From a virus: 57,695 nt of DNA. The stretch is taken from the IMG/VR virus record IMGVR_UViG_3300045988_076491; one strand, written 5' to 3'. The position numbers were made by a program, and so were the translations under genes. Below the pieces are notes generated by a model that worked only from the letters and a program-made list of their open reading frames with translations, ran no database searches and was not told the DNA's origin. Each line of letters opens with the position of its first letter. Within the stretch, counting starts at the first letter, position 1. Shown in pieces: positions 27,681 to 37,464 of the stretch.

Positions 27681-27742
27681 GCTTGTTCGTTGATACATTG
27701 TATATAGCTTATTATAAGCCTAAGGTACACAAACGAACAAGC
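27681..27742 (+). promoter_or_regulatory. Promoter flanked by a perfect 11-bp inverted repeat (operator candidate)
   Basis: TTGATA (27690-27695), 17-nt spacer, TATAAG (27713-27718). Arms gcttgttcgtt (27681-27691) and aacgaacaagc (27732-27742). Confidence 0.55.
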
Positions 27743-27771
27743 ATCAAGTTCGTAAATTTAAGGAGAGAACA

Positions 27772-27963
27772 ATGGGAATATATGCACCATGCAAAGATTG
27801 CAAAGAAAGAGCTGTAGGATGTCATGCAACTTGTGAAATCTACAAGAAATACAGAGAACAGCTTGAACAATTTAAGAAAGACAATAGGCCTGCACCGTCA
27901 ACGTTAGATGCAGCAAGAACAACTCATAATAGCTTGTCTAGACTTAGACATAGAAAAGATTAA
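27772..27963 (+). CDS. Small Cys-rich hypothetical protein
   Basis: 63 aa; CKDC...C..C cluster; AAGGAG RBS. Confidence 0.6.
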   Translation: MGIYAPCKDCKERAVGCHATCEIYKKYREQLEQFKKDNRPAPSTLDAARTTHNSLSRLRHRKD

Positions 27964-27979
27964 GTAAAGGAGGCTGAAT

Positions 27980-28216
27980 ATGGCACAGATTAACATAACT
28001 ACAACGGCTGAAGAACAGGACAGAGTATTAGAGGCACTTAGAAAACTGCATGGACAAACAGTTGCAGTATCCGCTATTGCTTCAATGGCTGGAATGAATC
28101 CGAGCAGAGTACGCTATGCAATTACTGACCTTGAAGAAGGCGGTAAGATAAAGCGTATACCAGTTAAGGCTTTCAATGTGCACTACATTCGCTATAAGTA
28201 TGAAGTGCTCATTTAA
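27980..28216 (+). CDS. Winged-helix DNA-binding protein (tentative)
   Basis: 78 aa. SAIASMAGMNPSRVRYAITDLEEGGKI resembles a wHTH. Confidence 0.5.
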   Translation: MAQINITTTAEEQDRVLEALRKLHGQTVAVSAIASMAGMNPSRVRYAITDLEEGGKIKRIPVKAFNVHYIRYKYEVLI

Positions 28217-28243
28217 GCAATATACATTACAAGGAGGTTTAGC

Positions 28244-28501
28244 ATGGACCAAGAACAAATCAAATTGTATGGCACTGCATCATGTCCGCAGTGTCAGGGT
28301 GCTAAAGCATTGCTTGAGCGTAGAAATGTACCATTTGAGTACATAGACGTACGCAAAGACGCAGTAGGTATGAACTACTTGCTAGAGCGAGGCTTGAGCA
28401 CTATTCCTGTTATTATTTGGAAAGACCAGTGTATCACTGGGTTTAGTCCAAAGCAGATTGACAAACTTATTATGGAGGTAATGAACAATGGCAATGCTTG
28501 A
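28244..28501 (+). CDS. nrdH: NrdH / glutaredoxin-like redoxin
   Basis: CPQC active site; TIPVI motif; upstream of nrdD. Confidence 0.75.
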   Translation: MDQEQIKLYGTASCPQCQGAKALLERRNVPFEYIDVRKDAVGMNYLLERGLSTIPVIIWKDQCITGFSPKQIDKLIMEVMNNGNA

Positions 28502-30257
28502 TACAAACAAAATTGTAGATGACTACATGCTTCAAAGAGACTGGAGAGTTAAAGAGAACAGTAATGCTCCATTTAGCTTCGGTCAAATGAACAAGTATAT
28601 TAACAGTGCCGTGTCAAAGCAGTACTGGGCTGAAAGAGTTTACGATGCATCGGCATCTGCAGCGCACAATGATGGCTTTATTCATATTCATGATATGAGT
28701 GGGCTTACCATTTACTGCTGTGGTTATTCTCTGCAGAAGGTACTTGACTATGGCGTTAAGGGGGTACCTAATATCCCTACATCAAAACCTGCTAAGCACT
28801 TCGACGCTGCACTTAATCAGCTTGCTAACATGCTTACTATTTTCCAGAATGAAATTATGGGTGCAGTTGCATTCAGTTCATTTGACACACTGCTTGCTCC
28901 ATTCATCAAGGTAGATAAGCTTACATTTGAGCAGGTTAAGCAGAACATTCAGAATTATATCTACTCAGTTAACTCTAACAGCAGAGCAGGCGCTGAGCCA
29001 GCTTTTAGCAATCTTACGTTTGACCTGTTTCCGCCTAAGGACCTTAAGGACCAGCCAGCACGTATTGCAAATGAGCTGCAGGACTTCACTTATGGTGACT
29101 GCCAGAAAGAGATGGATATGCTCAACAAGGCATTCTTCGAAGTAATGCTTGAAGGAGACGCTAATGGTAAACCATTCGCATACCCTATTCCAACGTACTC
29201 AATTATGGACGGCTTTGACTGGGACAATCCTAACAATGATTTGTTATGGGAGATGGCAGGTAAATATGGCTATCCATACTTTAGTAACTTCATGGGTAGT
29301 GATATGGACCCAAGTGATGTACGCTCTATGTGTTGCAGGTTAAGACTTGACCTTTCAGAGCTTCAACGCCGCAACGGTGGCCTGTTTGGTTCAGGTGACA
29401 GTACTGGTTCTATTGGTGTAGTTACACTTAACTTACCACGTATAGGCTACCTTACAAAAGGTCAGTCAGAAGATTCATTGATGTCTATGATTAAAGACTT
29501 TATGAACATTGCTAAGGATAGCCTTGAAGAAAAGCGTAACTGGCTTGATATGCACTTAATAGGCACTGGCATGATTCCTGCATTTGACACATATGTTGGC
29601 ACACTTAATAACCACTTCAGTACAATTGGCTATGTAGGTATGAATGAGATGTGCGAGAACTTCATGGGCAAAGGTATCATTACAGAAGAGGGCAAGGCCC
29701 TTGCAGAGCGCGTACTTGACTTTATGCGCGATGTGCTACTTTCATTCCAGAAATCAACTGGTCATCTGTACAACCTTGAAGCTACACCTGCAGAGTCAAC
29801 ATGTTACAGACTGGCTAAGCTTGATAAGAAGCTTTATCCTGATATTATCACGCAGGGTAGTGGTGACAGTGTATACTACACCAATTCATGCCATATACCT
29901 GTAAAGGAAGTTGAAGGTATTGCTGCACTGCTTAACCACCAGGATTCATTGCAGGTTAAAATGACAGGTGGTACTGTAGTACATTTGTACCTTGCAAAAG
30001 GAATCAGTGACAAGCAGGCAAAGAACATTGTAAGGCATACATGTGAGAACTACTCATTGCCATACATTTCACTCTCACCAGTAATTTGTTACTGTCCTGA
30101 CTGTGGTGTTATTGATGAGCCTGCAGATGTATGTCCACATTGTGGAGGCATCACTCATTATATGCAGCGTATAACTGGTTACATCAGAGATGTTGATAAC
30201 TACAATCCTGGCAAGCTGCAAGAGTTCCGCGATAGAAAGCAGATTCATGTTAAATAA
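28488..30257 (+). CDS. nrdD: Anaerobic ribonucleoside-triphosphate reductase
   Basis: CCRLRLD motif; C-terminal Zn site CPDCG...CPHCG; glycyl-radical RITGY. Confidence 0.9.
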   Translation: MAMLDTNKIVDDYMLQRDWRVKENSNAPFSFGQMNKYINSAVSKQYWAERVYDASASAAHNDGFIHIHDMSGLTIYCCGYSLQKVLDYGVKGVPNIPTSKPAKHFDAALNQLANMLTIFQNEIMGAVAFSSFDTLLAPFIKVDKLTFEQVKQNIQNYIYSVNSNSRAGAEPAFSNLTFDLFPPKDLKDQPARIANELQDFTYGDCQKEMDMLNKAFFEVMLEGDANGKPFAYPIPTYSIMDGFDWDNPNNDLLWEMAGKYGYPYFSNFMGSDMDPSDVRSMCCRLRLDLSELQRRNGGLFGSGDSTGSIGVVTLNLPRIGYLTKGQSEDSLMSMIKDFMNIAKDSLEEKRNWLDMHLIGTGMIPAFDTYVGTLNNHFSTIGYVGMNEMCENFMGKGIITEEGKALAERVLDFMRDVLLSFQKSTGHLYNLEATPAESTCYRLAKLDKKLYPDIITQGSGDSVYYTNSCHIPVKEVEGIAALLNHQDSLQVKMTGGTVVHLYLAKGISDKQAKNIVRHTCENYSLPYISLSPVICYCPDCGVIDEPADVCPHCGGITHYMQRITGYIRDVDNYNPGKLQEFRDRKQIHVK

Positions 30258-30711
30258 GCTTGTTAGTTATAAAGGCATAGTTCATGAACGGGCAGAAGAT
30301 GCTCCGTTTATGGGCGCCTTGATAATATCTGTTTCATGTAGCAATAATTGCCGGGATTGCTTTAATCAGCACTTGAAAGATACTAAGACATACATACGCT
30401 ATGCTGATGAAATAATTGAAGAGGTTAAGCAAAATCATTTCAATGATGGTATTATACTTGGTGGCTTAGAATGGTCTGAACAACCTGATGATACAATATC
30501 ACTTATAAGCTGTGCCGCAGCTGCTGGCTTAAAAGTAATGCTATACACAGGCCTGACTGAAGAAGAGCTCTTTCGTAGAATACCAGTTGATTACCTGCAT
30601 AACTGTTATGTTAAATTTGGTAAGTATGACAATAAACACTTATCTGATAATTACACTTCACATGGCGTAAAGCTTGCTAGCACAAACCAGTATATCAAGT
30701 ATATATCATAA
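30247..30711 (+). CDS. nrdG: Anaerobic RNR activating protein (radical SAM)
   Basis: CSNNCRDC is a Cx3Cx2C cluster. Start set to the ATG at 30247, overlapping the nrdD end. Confidence 0.75.
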   Translation: MLNKLVSYKGIVHERAEDAPFMGALIISVSCSNNCRDCFNQHLKDTKTYIRYADEIIEEVKQNHFNDGIILGGLEWSEQPDDTISLISCAAAAGLKVMLYTGLTEEELFRRIPVDYLHNCYVKFGKYDNKHLSDNYTSHGVKLASTNQYIKYIS

Positions 30712-30764
30712 CACAGGTAGTAGAGGGCAGCGCAGTAAGTAGCTACACAAATTATTAGAATACG

Positions 30765-30793
30765 TTTACGGCTGCCTTCTTATATGATATAAT
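30765..30793 (+). promoter_or_regulatory. Sigma-70-type promoter with extended -10, upstream of polA
   Basis: TTTACG, 17-nt spacer, TGATATAAT. Same TTTACGGCTGC core as the promoter at 34876. Confidence 0.6.
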
Positions 30794-30812
30794 TATAATA
30801 GAAAGGAGAGTG

Positions 30813-32861
30813 ATGACTTTGGCAGTAATACAAGCAAAGAAACGACCTGTTATTCAAAAAGGTAACGGATACGTTTATAATCCACAAACTTTTGCCAAAG
30901 AGCATAAGGTTAGCAACTTCCATGTAGTTGAAGACCCACAAGAACTTCTTAGTCTTGTAAAACCATTTGAGTTCAGAGGTAGAAAATTCATAACGTTCGA
31001 TACTGAGACACATCCTGAATTTCCAAGCAGTCATGTAGTTCCAAGTACAGTAGTAAGACGTTGGGTTGGTACTGGTAAGAAAGCAGTTCCTCAGGACTTT
31101 CCATTTTGTATATCAATTTGTGATGGTAAAGATTCCTACACAATATTTGATACTGTACGAAATGGCTTTGAAAAGTTTAAACAACTGGCACCTTTATTTG
31201 AGGACCCGACAATTGAAAAGATTGCACATAACACTAAGTTTGATATGCATATGTTTGCTAATGCAGGTTTAAAGATTGTAGGTAGACTTCATGATACAGT
31301 AGTACTTGCAAAGCTTGCAAATGAAAACAGAACGTCTTTTCAGTTAAGAGATTTGGCTGCAAGAAAAAAGGGAGGCATTGTCAAGTTTGAATACATGGTT
31401 GATGCCTACAAGCAAATGAATAAGGTTAGTGATTATCGACAGATTCCAAGAGAATTACTTAGTGAATATGCAAATGCCGACGTATGGAACTGTTACCTGA
31501 CCTTCATTACTGAGTATGAGAAAATTGAGCAAGATGAACTTGTAGATTTGTATGACAATGAATGTGAGCTTATGATTGCTTTGTATGCTATGGAACGTTA
31601 TGGCATGAGAACAGACATTGAATACGAGAAGCCTCTTAAAGAAGAGTTACAACAGCTTACTGATGATGCAGAACGTGCGATTTATGAAGAGGCTGGTTAC
31701 ATGTTCAATATCAACTCTGGTAAGCAGCTATATGAAGTTCTTATGAAGCTTAATGTTGACCCAACACTTATTAAAAAGACTGACAAGGGTAATCCTAAAC
31801 TTGACAAGGATGCATTGGCAAATCTTGCTGAAGTTCATGATGTTTCAATTGTCAAGAAAATCTTGGAATACAGAAAGTACGAGAAGCTTCTATCTACATA
31901 TGCTGATGGTATATATGACCAGCGTGATGCAGAGAACAGAGTACACGGTTCAATAAATCAGACTGAGGCTACAACAGGCCGTATGTCAATTACGAAACCT
32001 GCACTTCAGACTCTTCCAAAGAAGGACAAGCGTATTCGTAGAATCTTCTTGCCGGATGATAACTATGAACTATGGTTCATGGACCTTGACCAGGTTGAGT
32101 ATCGTCTATTTGCACACTATGCGAAGATTCCTGGATTGATTGAATCCATCAAAAATGGCTATGATGTCCACGCAGCAACTGCAGCACTTCTATTTAATAA
32201 AGATGTGGACGAGCTTATAGAAAAGGTGCATAAAGGTGATGAAGAGGCAAGCTCACTTCGTTCAAGGGCAAAGACTATTAACTTTGCACTTATCTATGGT
32301 GTTGGTCAGGACCATCTTGCAGAGATGCTTAAGTGTACGCCTACTGAAGCTTCTGAGATTAAGGCAAGATACTTCTCTACAATGCCAGAGGCTAGAATAT
32401 TCATCAATACAGTTTACCAGGTAATTAAGCTTAGAGGCTTTGTAAAGAACTTCTATGGAAGACGTCGCCGCCTCGACTCTGATGACTGTTACAAAGCACC
32501 AAATGCATTGATTCAAGGTTGCGCTGCAGACTATATCAAGTACAAAGTGGTTGACATCTACAAGTATCTGATGTATCATCATCTTAAGACGCACTTAATC
32601 AACATTGTACATGATGAGCTTGTAATTGACTTCAATAAGGATGAGCTTGAGCATGTGCCAGTGCTTAGATGGATGCTGTCTGAATTCTCTGCGTTTAGAT
32701 GTCCTATCACAGCAGGTGTAGAACGCGGTGAACCTTCTTGGGGCCAGAAAGTGGAACCTGAAGGAGTAGAGTTCAAGGAGCCTGAAGACAAATCATACAA
32801 GAACTATAATGTATATGACGGTTCAGTATTTGACATTTATAGGGAGGCTGTATATGAGTAG
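30813..32861 (+). CDS. polA: Family A DNA polymerase with 3'-5' exonuclease domain
   Basis: ExoI FDTET; motif A DLDQVEYRL; motif B RSRAKTINFALIYG; motif C VHDE. Confidence 0.9.
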   Translation: MTLAVIQAKKRPVIQKGNGYVYNPQTFAKEHKVSNFHVVEDPQELLSLVKPFEFRGRKFITFDTETHPEFPSSHVVPSTVVRRWVGTGKKAVPQDFPFCISICDGKDSYTIFDTVRNGFEKFKQLAPLFEDPTIEKIAHNTKFDMHMFANAGLKIVGRLHDTVVLAKLANENRTSFQLRDLAARKKGGIVKFEYMVDAYKQMNKVSDYRQIPRELLSEYANADVWNCYLTFITEYEKIEQDELVDLYDNECELMIALYAMERYGMRTDIEYEKPLKEELQQLTDDAERAIYEEAGYMFNINSGKQLYEVLMKLNVDPTLIKKTDKGNPKLDKDALANLAEVHDVSIVKKILEYRKYEKLLSTYADGIYDQRDAENRVHGSINQTEATTGRMSITKPALQTLPKKDKRIRRIFLPDDNYELWFMDLDQVEYRLFAHYAKIPGLIESIKNGYDVHAATAALLFNKDVDELIEKVHKGDEEASSLRSRAKTINFALIYGVGQDHLAEMLKCTPTEASEIKARYFSTMPEARIFINTVYQVIKLRGFVKNFYGRRRRLDSDDCYKAPNALIQGCAADYIKYKVVDIYKYLMYHHLKTHLINIVHDELVIDFNKDELEHVPVLRWMLSEFSAFRCPITAGVERGEPSWGQKVEPEGVEFKEPEDKSYKNYNVYDGSVFDIYREAVYE

Positions 32862-33264
32862 TACTAGACCGTGCGTTATTAAAGTGGATAAGAATAAAAG
32901 TGTACAAGCTACATTTCATCGCTTTTGTGAACATGCCTATGTAGTGGAGCCATCACCAATGATTGGTGGTGCTCCTGGTGGGCAGATAAGTATACCAGTA
33001 GCTATAGTAGAATACGAGGATGGCACTGTACATTATGTGGAGCCATCACAGATTACCTTTACTGACCGTCTGAAAGTAGTAGTTAGCTCTGACACTGAGA
33101 AAGTAAATGCTATTCGTAAGGCGCTGAAGGAGAATGATGGCTACTGTCCATGTGAGCTACAACAGACACCAGATACTAAGTGCATGTGTAAAGCTTTCAG
33201 GGAGCAGACAACACCCGGACCATGTCATTGTGGTCTATATGTTAAGGAGGTGCAAAATGGATAA
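32854..33264 (+). CDS. Hypothetical Cys-rich protein
   Basis: Start at 32854 (GGGAGG RBS). C-terminal CPCE...CMC...CHCG cluster. Confidence 0.55.
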   Translation: MSSTRPCVIKVDKNKSVQATFHRFCEHAYVVEPSPMIGGAPGGQISIPVAIVEYEDGTVHYVEPSQITFTDRLKVVVSSDTEKVNAIRKALKENDGYCPCELQQTPDTKCMCKAFREQTTPGPCHCGLYVKEVQNG

Positions 33265-33565
33265 AGCACTATCTCAGCAAATAGCTGATGCTCAAAAAGA
33301 CTTGCTTAGTGTCATTGATAGTTACAGTGTACCACAGGCAGTTAGTTTTAAGATTGGCCAGATTTGTGGTAAGCTTGATATAGCCCATAAAGAAGCTGTA
33401 AAGCAAGAAGATAACTACACTAACTTGGTTCAGTTATGTGTAGCTAGAAATCCAGATAAATTAAAGAGTCTGATACAAAACTTATCAGAGCTTATATCTG
33501 GTGATAATACTGACAAAGAAAAGGAGGATGTTAACGATGGCAGAGCAGAAGAGAATTTGGGATAA
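33257..33565 (+). CDS. Hypothetical protein
   Basis: Start at 33257 (AAGGAGG RBS). Confidence 0.55.
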   Translation: MDKALSQQIADAQKDLLSVIDSYSVPQAVSFKIGQICGKLDIAHKEAVKQEDNYTNLVQLCVARNPDKLKSLIQNLSELISGDNTDKEKEDVNDGRAEENLG

Positions 33566-33869
33566 CTTTAAGGAGATTGGTGAAGTACGCAAGTCGGACT
33601 CAATTAAGTTTGTTATTGCTGCAGCAATCAGAGATGGTGTTAAGTACATTAACATCAGAGAGTTCTACAAGCGCAAAAGAGATGAGGTATGGATGCCTGG
33701 CAGAGATGGTATTACAATACCACTTGTAGTTCCTGTAAACAATGGAGCTGACAGACTGACACCTTATTCAGAGATGGTTGAGCTTATTAGTAAAGCTGCT
33801 ACAGAACTTGAAACAATGGAACTCGCTGACGAAGCACATGCTGTGTATATTACAAAGAAGGAGAAGTAA
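33537..33869 (+). CDS. PC4/YdbC-like ssDNA-binding protein (tentative)
   Basis: KFVIAAAIRDGVKYINIREFYKRKRDEVWMPGRDGITIP resembles the PC4-like pattern. Confidence 0.45.
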   Translation: MAEQKRIWDNFKEIGEVRKSDSIKFVIAAAIRDGVKYINIREFYKRKRDEVWMPGRDGITIPLVVPVNNGADRLTPYSEMVELISKAATELETMELADEAHAVYITKKEK

Positions 33870-33872
33870 ACA

Positions 33873-34844
33873 ATGAAGATTAGAGAACTTGAAGTAAATC
33901 AAATAGTTACAATCACACTTGTTGTTAAGTCTGCATCAGCTCGTGAGACTAAAGCTAAGAAGCCTTATTTACAGCTTGAGTTCTTTGATGGTGTAGATAC
34001 AATCAGTGGAAACTACTGGGACTGGGGTGGAACAAATATTCCACAGGCTAATGCGGTATTAGATGTTAAAGCGCAGGTTACAGAATGGCAGGGAGCTAAG
34101 CAGCTTAATGTGAAGGGTATGACAACAAATACTGAGGTACCACTTAGTGACTTCGCACCTTCATCTGGTATTGATGCAAATGAAGTTTACAGCAACGCTT
34201 ATGCTTTAATCACTGAAGTTAAGGACGACTTTTTAAGAAGCATCACGCTGGCAGTGCTTGAAGAGCTTTATGATAAATGGCTTACTGTGCCAGGCGCTAA
34301 GGGGGTACACCATGCCTACACAGCTGGTACGCTTATCCATAGCTACTCTGTAGCATGCATTGCAAAGGCAATTGCTGAGCATACACCAGGTGCAAATGTT
34401 GACTTGTGCACCGTTGGTGGCATGTTACATGACATTGGTAAGCTATATACATACAAGCTTAACGGTGTAGCTATTGACATGACAGACGAAGGTATGATGT
34501 ATGACCACATTTTTATGGGTGCGGAATTTATTGGCAACTATGCTGACAATCACTACATGATGGACGAAACATGCATGCTTAAGCTTGAGATGCTTCGCCA
34601 CATCATCTTGGCACATCATGGTAAACTTGAGTATGGCTCAGTAACTGTTCCATTAAGTATCGAAGCACACATTGTATATCATGCAGATGCTATTGATGCA
34701 GCAGCTGAGCAAGTTAGAAGTCAAAGTGCTAAGGTTGGTAATGCTAAATGGACAGACCGTATCTGGCCACTTGAAAACAGACCACACTTAACTACTCAGT
34801 ATGTAGCAGAAGTGATGAAGCCTAGCACGAAAGAGAAAGAATAA
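33873..34844 (+). CDS. OB-fold plus HD-domain phosphohydrolase (YhaM-like nuclease)
   Basis: N-terminal OB-like region; HHAYTAGTLIHS...GGMLHDIGK...HHGKLEYGS. Confidence 0.7.
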   Translation: MKIRELEVNQIVTITLVVKSASARETKAKKPYLQLEFFDGVDTISGNYWDWGGTNIPQANAVLDVKAQVTEWQGAKQLNVKGMTTNTEVPLSDFAPSSGIDANEVYSNAYALITEVKDDFLRSITLAVLEELYDKWLTVPGAKGVHHAYTAGTLIHSYSVACIAKAIAEHTPGANVDLCTVGGMLHDIGKLYTYKLNGVAIDMTDEGMMYDHIFMGAEFIGNYADNHYMMDETCMLKLEMLRHIILAHHGKLEYGSVTVPLSIEAHIVYHADAIDAAAEQVRSQSAKVGNAKWTDRIWPLENRPHLTTQYVAEVMKPSTKEKE

Positions 34845-34875
34845 TACAGCCACTGCATTGTTTCTCCTATTTCTA

Positions 34876-34904
34876 TTTACGGCTGCATATTTTCGTGATA
34901 TAAT
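34876..34904 (+). promoter_or_regulatory. Sigma-70-type promoter with extended -10 for the small-gene cluster
   Basis: TTTACG, 17-nt spacer, TGATATAAT. A 9-bp hairpin (gcccggcaa/ttgccgggc) lies in the leader at about 34952-34977. Confidence 0.6.
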
Positions 34905-35001
34905 AAGAATAGAGTGTGAGAGTAATAGCAGTCTCCACTTGGACATTACAACGCCCGGCAAGTTTGTTTGCCGGGCAAATAAAGACTAGGAGGTCGTGAG
35001 T

Positions 35002-35202
35002 ATGTGGACATGCATGAATGAAAAGACTAAAGAAAGTATTGGAACTATCGGCGAAAATGTACTAGCAATAAGTTCTGTAAGAAGCTTCTGCGCAAAGGCG
35101 GGTTTTCCAATGAGTACACCAGATACTGACTGGTTAAAAGAAATGCCTATTGGTGGTCAGTTTAAGGTAGGACCTATTACTATAACAAGAAAGGAGGTAT
35201 GA
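35002..35202 (+). CDS. Hypothetical protein
   Basis: ATG at 35002 with a GGAGG RBS. Confidence 0.55.
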   Translation: MWTCMNEKTKESIGTIGENVLAISSVRSFCAKAGFPMSTPDTDWLKEMPIGGQFKVGPITITRKEV

Positions 35203-35205
35203 TTC

Positions 35206-35418
35206 GTGAGTTTGACTGATATGTTTGTGTCAACAAAAGATACTGACACGCATCGTGTCTGTGGTACTTGTGGCAAATTGAAGCCAGTTGAGGATTTCTA
35301 CAAAGATGGCAAAGACAAGAAAACAGGCAAACCAAAGTACAGGCGTGATTGTAAAGACTGTTACAAAGCAACGCGTATTCATGAAGCTGAAATGAAGAAA
35401 GGAAGGAACAAGAAATGA
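35206..35418 (+). CDS. Zn-ribbon protein (CxxCG..KP...F....CKxCY module)
   Basis: GTG start with an AAGGAGG RBS. Contains CGTCGKLKPVEDF...CKDCY. Confidence 0.6.
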   Translation: MSLTDMFVSTKDTDTHRVCGTCGKLKPVEDFYKDGKDKKTGKPKYRRDCKDCYKATRIHEAEMKKGRNKK

Positions 35419-35630
35419 GTAGACCAGTAAATGAAAATAGCACTGATATGTGCGCAGCATGCGACACGGACCTTGCTACATGTGAAACTATTTGGGCAGC
35501 AGAAGGTATATTGTACTGTTCGCGTGAATGTGGCATTAACGACTTTAAATATGCTTATGGTGATAATGCTGAAAAACACTTTGATGAAGTTGCAGAAGAA
35601 ATCAATCCAAGAGACATTGGAATTAATTAA
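35415..35630 (+). CDS. Hypothetical Cys-containing protein
   Basis: ATGA overlap; 71 aa. Confidence 0.55.
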   Translation: MSRPVNENSTDMCAACDTDLATCETIWAAEGILYCSRECGINDFKYAYGDNAEKHFDEVAEEINPRDIGIN

Positions 35631-35645
35631 TAGGAGGATAAAGCT

Positions 35646-35978
35646 ATGTCTAAGAAAACTATGACATTAGAACAGTTGTTGGCTAAGACATCTGATGGAG
35701 ACTTACTCGATATTCAGGAGGAGCTACTCTCAGGAGTCGTACCTGCAACAGGTTATGCTCATCATTTCTGCCGTAAAGTTAATCGTATGATTGATAAGGG
35801 AGAGCTTTGCATCAACCCAACAACATATCGCAAGGTATATTTACCAACACTTGCAAAAGCTGTTCAGAAGGAACTTGCTAGTCGTTACACATCAATCTTG
35901 AAAGGTAAGTCTTTCGTTTCGGAATCTGACAATAGCTCTTGCGAACAATTAGCACTTGACCTCGTTGGTAATAAATAA
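35646..35978 (+). CDS. Hypothetical protein
   Basis: GGAGG RBS; 110 aa. Confidence 0.6.
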   Translation: MSKKTMTLEQLLAKTSDGDLLDIQEELLSGVVPATGYAHHFCRKVNRMIDKGELCINPTTYRKVYLPTLAKAVQKELASRYTSILKGKSFVSESDNSSCEQLALDLVGNK

Positions 35979-36005
35979 ACAGGTCAACAAGGAGGAATCT
36001 GATAA

Positions 36006-36377
36006 ATGAAGCGAGTAAAGACAACAGTAAACTACAAAGTGCCTGATTGGGAATTTTGTAACTGCTCAAGGCTTGGAAAACCAACAAAAGATATGTGTAG
36101 ATTCTGTGTAAAGCACGGCAAGAACTATGTATGTGTATTACACAACATGCCACTTGATGTTGTAGAAGGTATACTTGTCAAAAAGGATATGACATGTATC
36201 AAAGCAACTGCAGGATTTCCAAGTGAAGTTGAAGATACAATTCAGGTTGACCCTAAGACTGTAATGAAGATGACATTGCAGGAGTACAGAAAGGCTTACA
36301 AGCAGCTTATTGCTCAGGGCTATCCTGATAGCATGGCTGATAAGCTTGCACAGCAAATGACAATGGGAGGTGCATAA
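36006..36377 (+). CDS. Hypothetical Cys-rich protein
   Basis: AAGGAGG RBS; 123 aa. Confidence 0.6.
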   Translation: MKRVKTTVNYKVPDWEFCNCSRLGKPTKDMCRFCVKHGKNYVCVLHNMPLDVVEGILVKKDMTCIKATAGFPSEVEDTIQVDPKTVMKMTLQEYRKAYKQLIAQGYPDSMADKLAQQMTMGGA

Positions 36378-36378
36378 T

Positions 36379-36558
36379 ATGTCTGACAGTGATAAGCCAA
36401 ATGTGTATAAGCAGAAAGGCTACAAAGATAGATATGACTATATTGAAAGTTTGGCTGACGAATATGGCGTATCAAAGATGGTTGTGTATAGCTTAGCTGA
36501 TATGCTTGGACCATCTGAGGATTTCGATGGGCTGATAAATGCTCTTGAAGATATGTAA
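36379..36558 (+). CDS. Hypothetical acidic protein
   Basis: ATG at 36379 with a GGGAGG RBS. Confidence 0.5.
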   Translation: MSDSDKPNVYKQKGYKDRYDYIESLADEYGVSKMVVYSLADMLGPSEDFDGLINALEDM

Positions 36559-36571
36559 GGAGGATAACATC

Positions 36572-37150
36572 ATGAATGCAAAAACATGTAAACAGTGTGG
36601 AGAACTGAAACCTATTGAGCAGTTCCGTAAATACTATGGTGGTCGTAAGGGCACCTACACCACTTGCAAGACTTGCGAGAAAATTAACTCACGTGCTAAG
36701 TATCTGACAAACAAAGGAGACAAGTGTAGTGAAGCTGAGCTCACGGAACTTGCAAAGATTCATGAATTGTGGGAGGTTCAAAGAGCTGCTGGGCTGCAGC
36801 CACCTAGAGAGAATGCTGGTCGTACAGTGCCTTTGTCAGAGAGCTTAGATGATATGATTGGCAAATACAAGCAGCAGGCAGAAGCAGTGCAAGAAGTTGT
36901 ACAAGCCGTGAGTGCTCCTGAGATACCTGCAGAACTCAGCAAGTGGCTTACTGAACCATTAACAGAAGAGCCAGAATACTATCAAGATGAGATATACGAG
37001 CAGTTAAAGACTAAGTACAGGCCTAAGACCAAGATTGACCAGGATACTATGCTGCCAGTATACGACGACACCTACAAGCCTATCCTTGATAAGATACTTG
37101 AACGCTTTGACAATTATGAGGATACGTACTATAACAGTGAGGAGGACTAA
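36572..37150 (+). CDS. Zn-ribbon protein with an acidic C-terminal tail
   Basis: ATG at 36572 (AAGGAGG RBS). Contains CKQCGELKPIEQF...CKTCE. Confidence 0.6.
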   Translation: MNAKTCKQCGELKPIEQFRKYYGGRKGTYTTCKTCEKINSRAKYLTNKGDKCSEAELTELAKIHELWEVQRAAGLQPPRENAGRTVPLSESLDDMIGKYKQQAEAVQEVVQAVSAPEIPAELSKWLTEPLTEEPEYYQDEIYEQLKTKYRPKTKIDQDTMLPVYDDTYKPILDKILERFDNYEDTYYNSEED

Positions 37151-37152
37151 TT

Positions 37153-37452
37153 ATGAAAGCTATTGTAGAGTACACAAAAGAAGAAGCCGAGGCTATGACA
37201 AAGAAGTATCATGAGCTGCGTGATAAGACAAATGGCATGGCTAGAAGTGAACTATTTGATAACTACACAAGAACCAGTGGTTATGCACACTATACGTTCT
37301 CTGGTGATATTACAGATAAACTTGTTGAGGTGCTTGGTCATGAGCCAAGCCCTGACGAGATTATCATGCTTGTAGATGATGGTTTCAGTCACTTTGGCGC
37401 TAGCTGCTCAATAAGTGGTAGACACTTCAGTGGTCGTGTCAATATAGATTAA
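37153..37452 (+). CDS. Hypothetical protein
   Basis: GAGGAGG RBS; 99 aa. Confidence 0.6.
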   Translation: MKAIVEYTKEEAEAMTKKYHELRDKTNGMARSELFDNYTRTSGYAHYTFSGDITDKLVEVLGHEPSPDEIIMLVDDGFSHFGASCSISGRHFSGRVNID

Positions 37453-37464
37453 GGAGATGATTGT

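Noticed and set aside
23943-30711. The nucleotide-metabolism cluster (dUTPase, ThyX-like, kinase, dCMP deaminase, NrdHDG) considered as a possible DNA hypermodification pathway.
   Set aside because: All members are standard dTTP and dNTP supply enzymes. No glycosyltransferase, hydroxymethylase, queuosine-type or amidotransferase genes were recognised.
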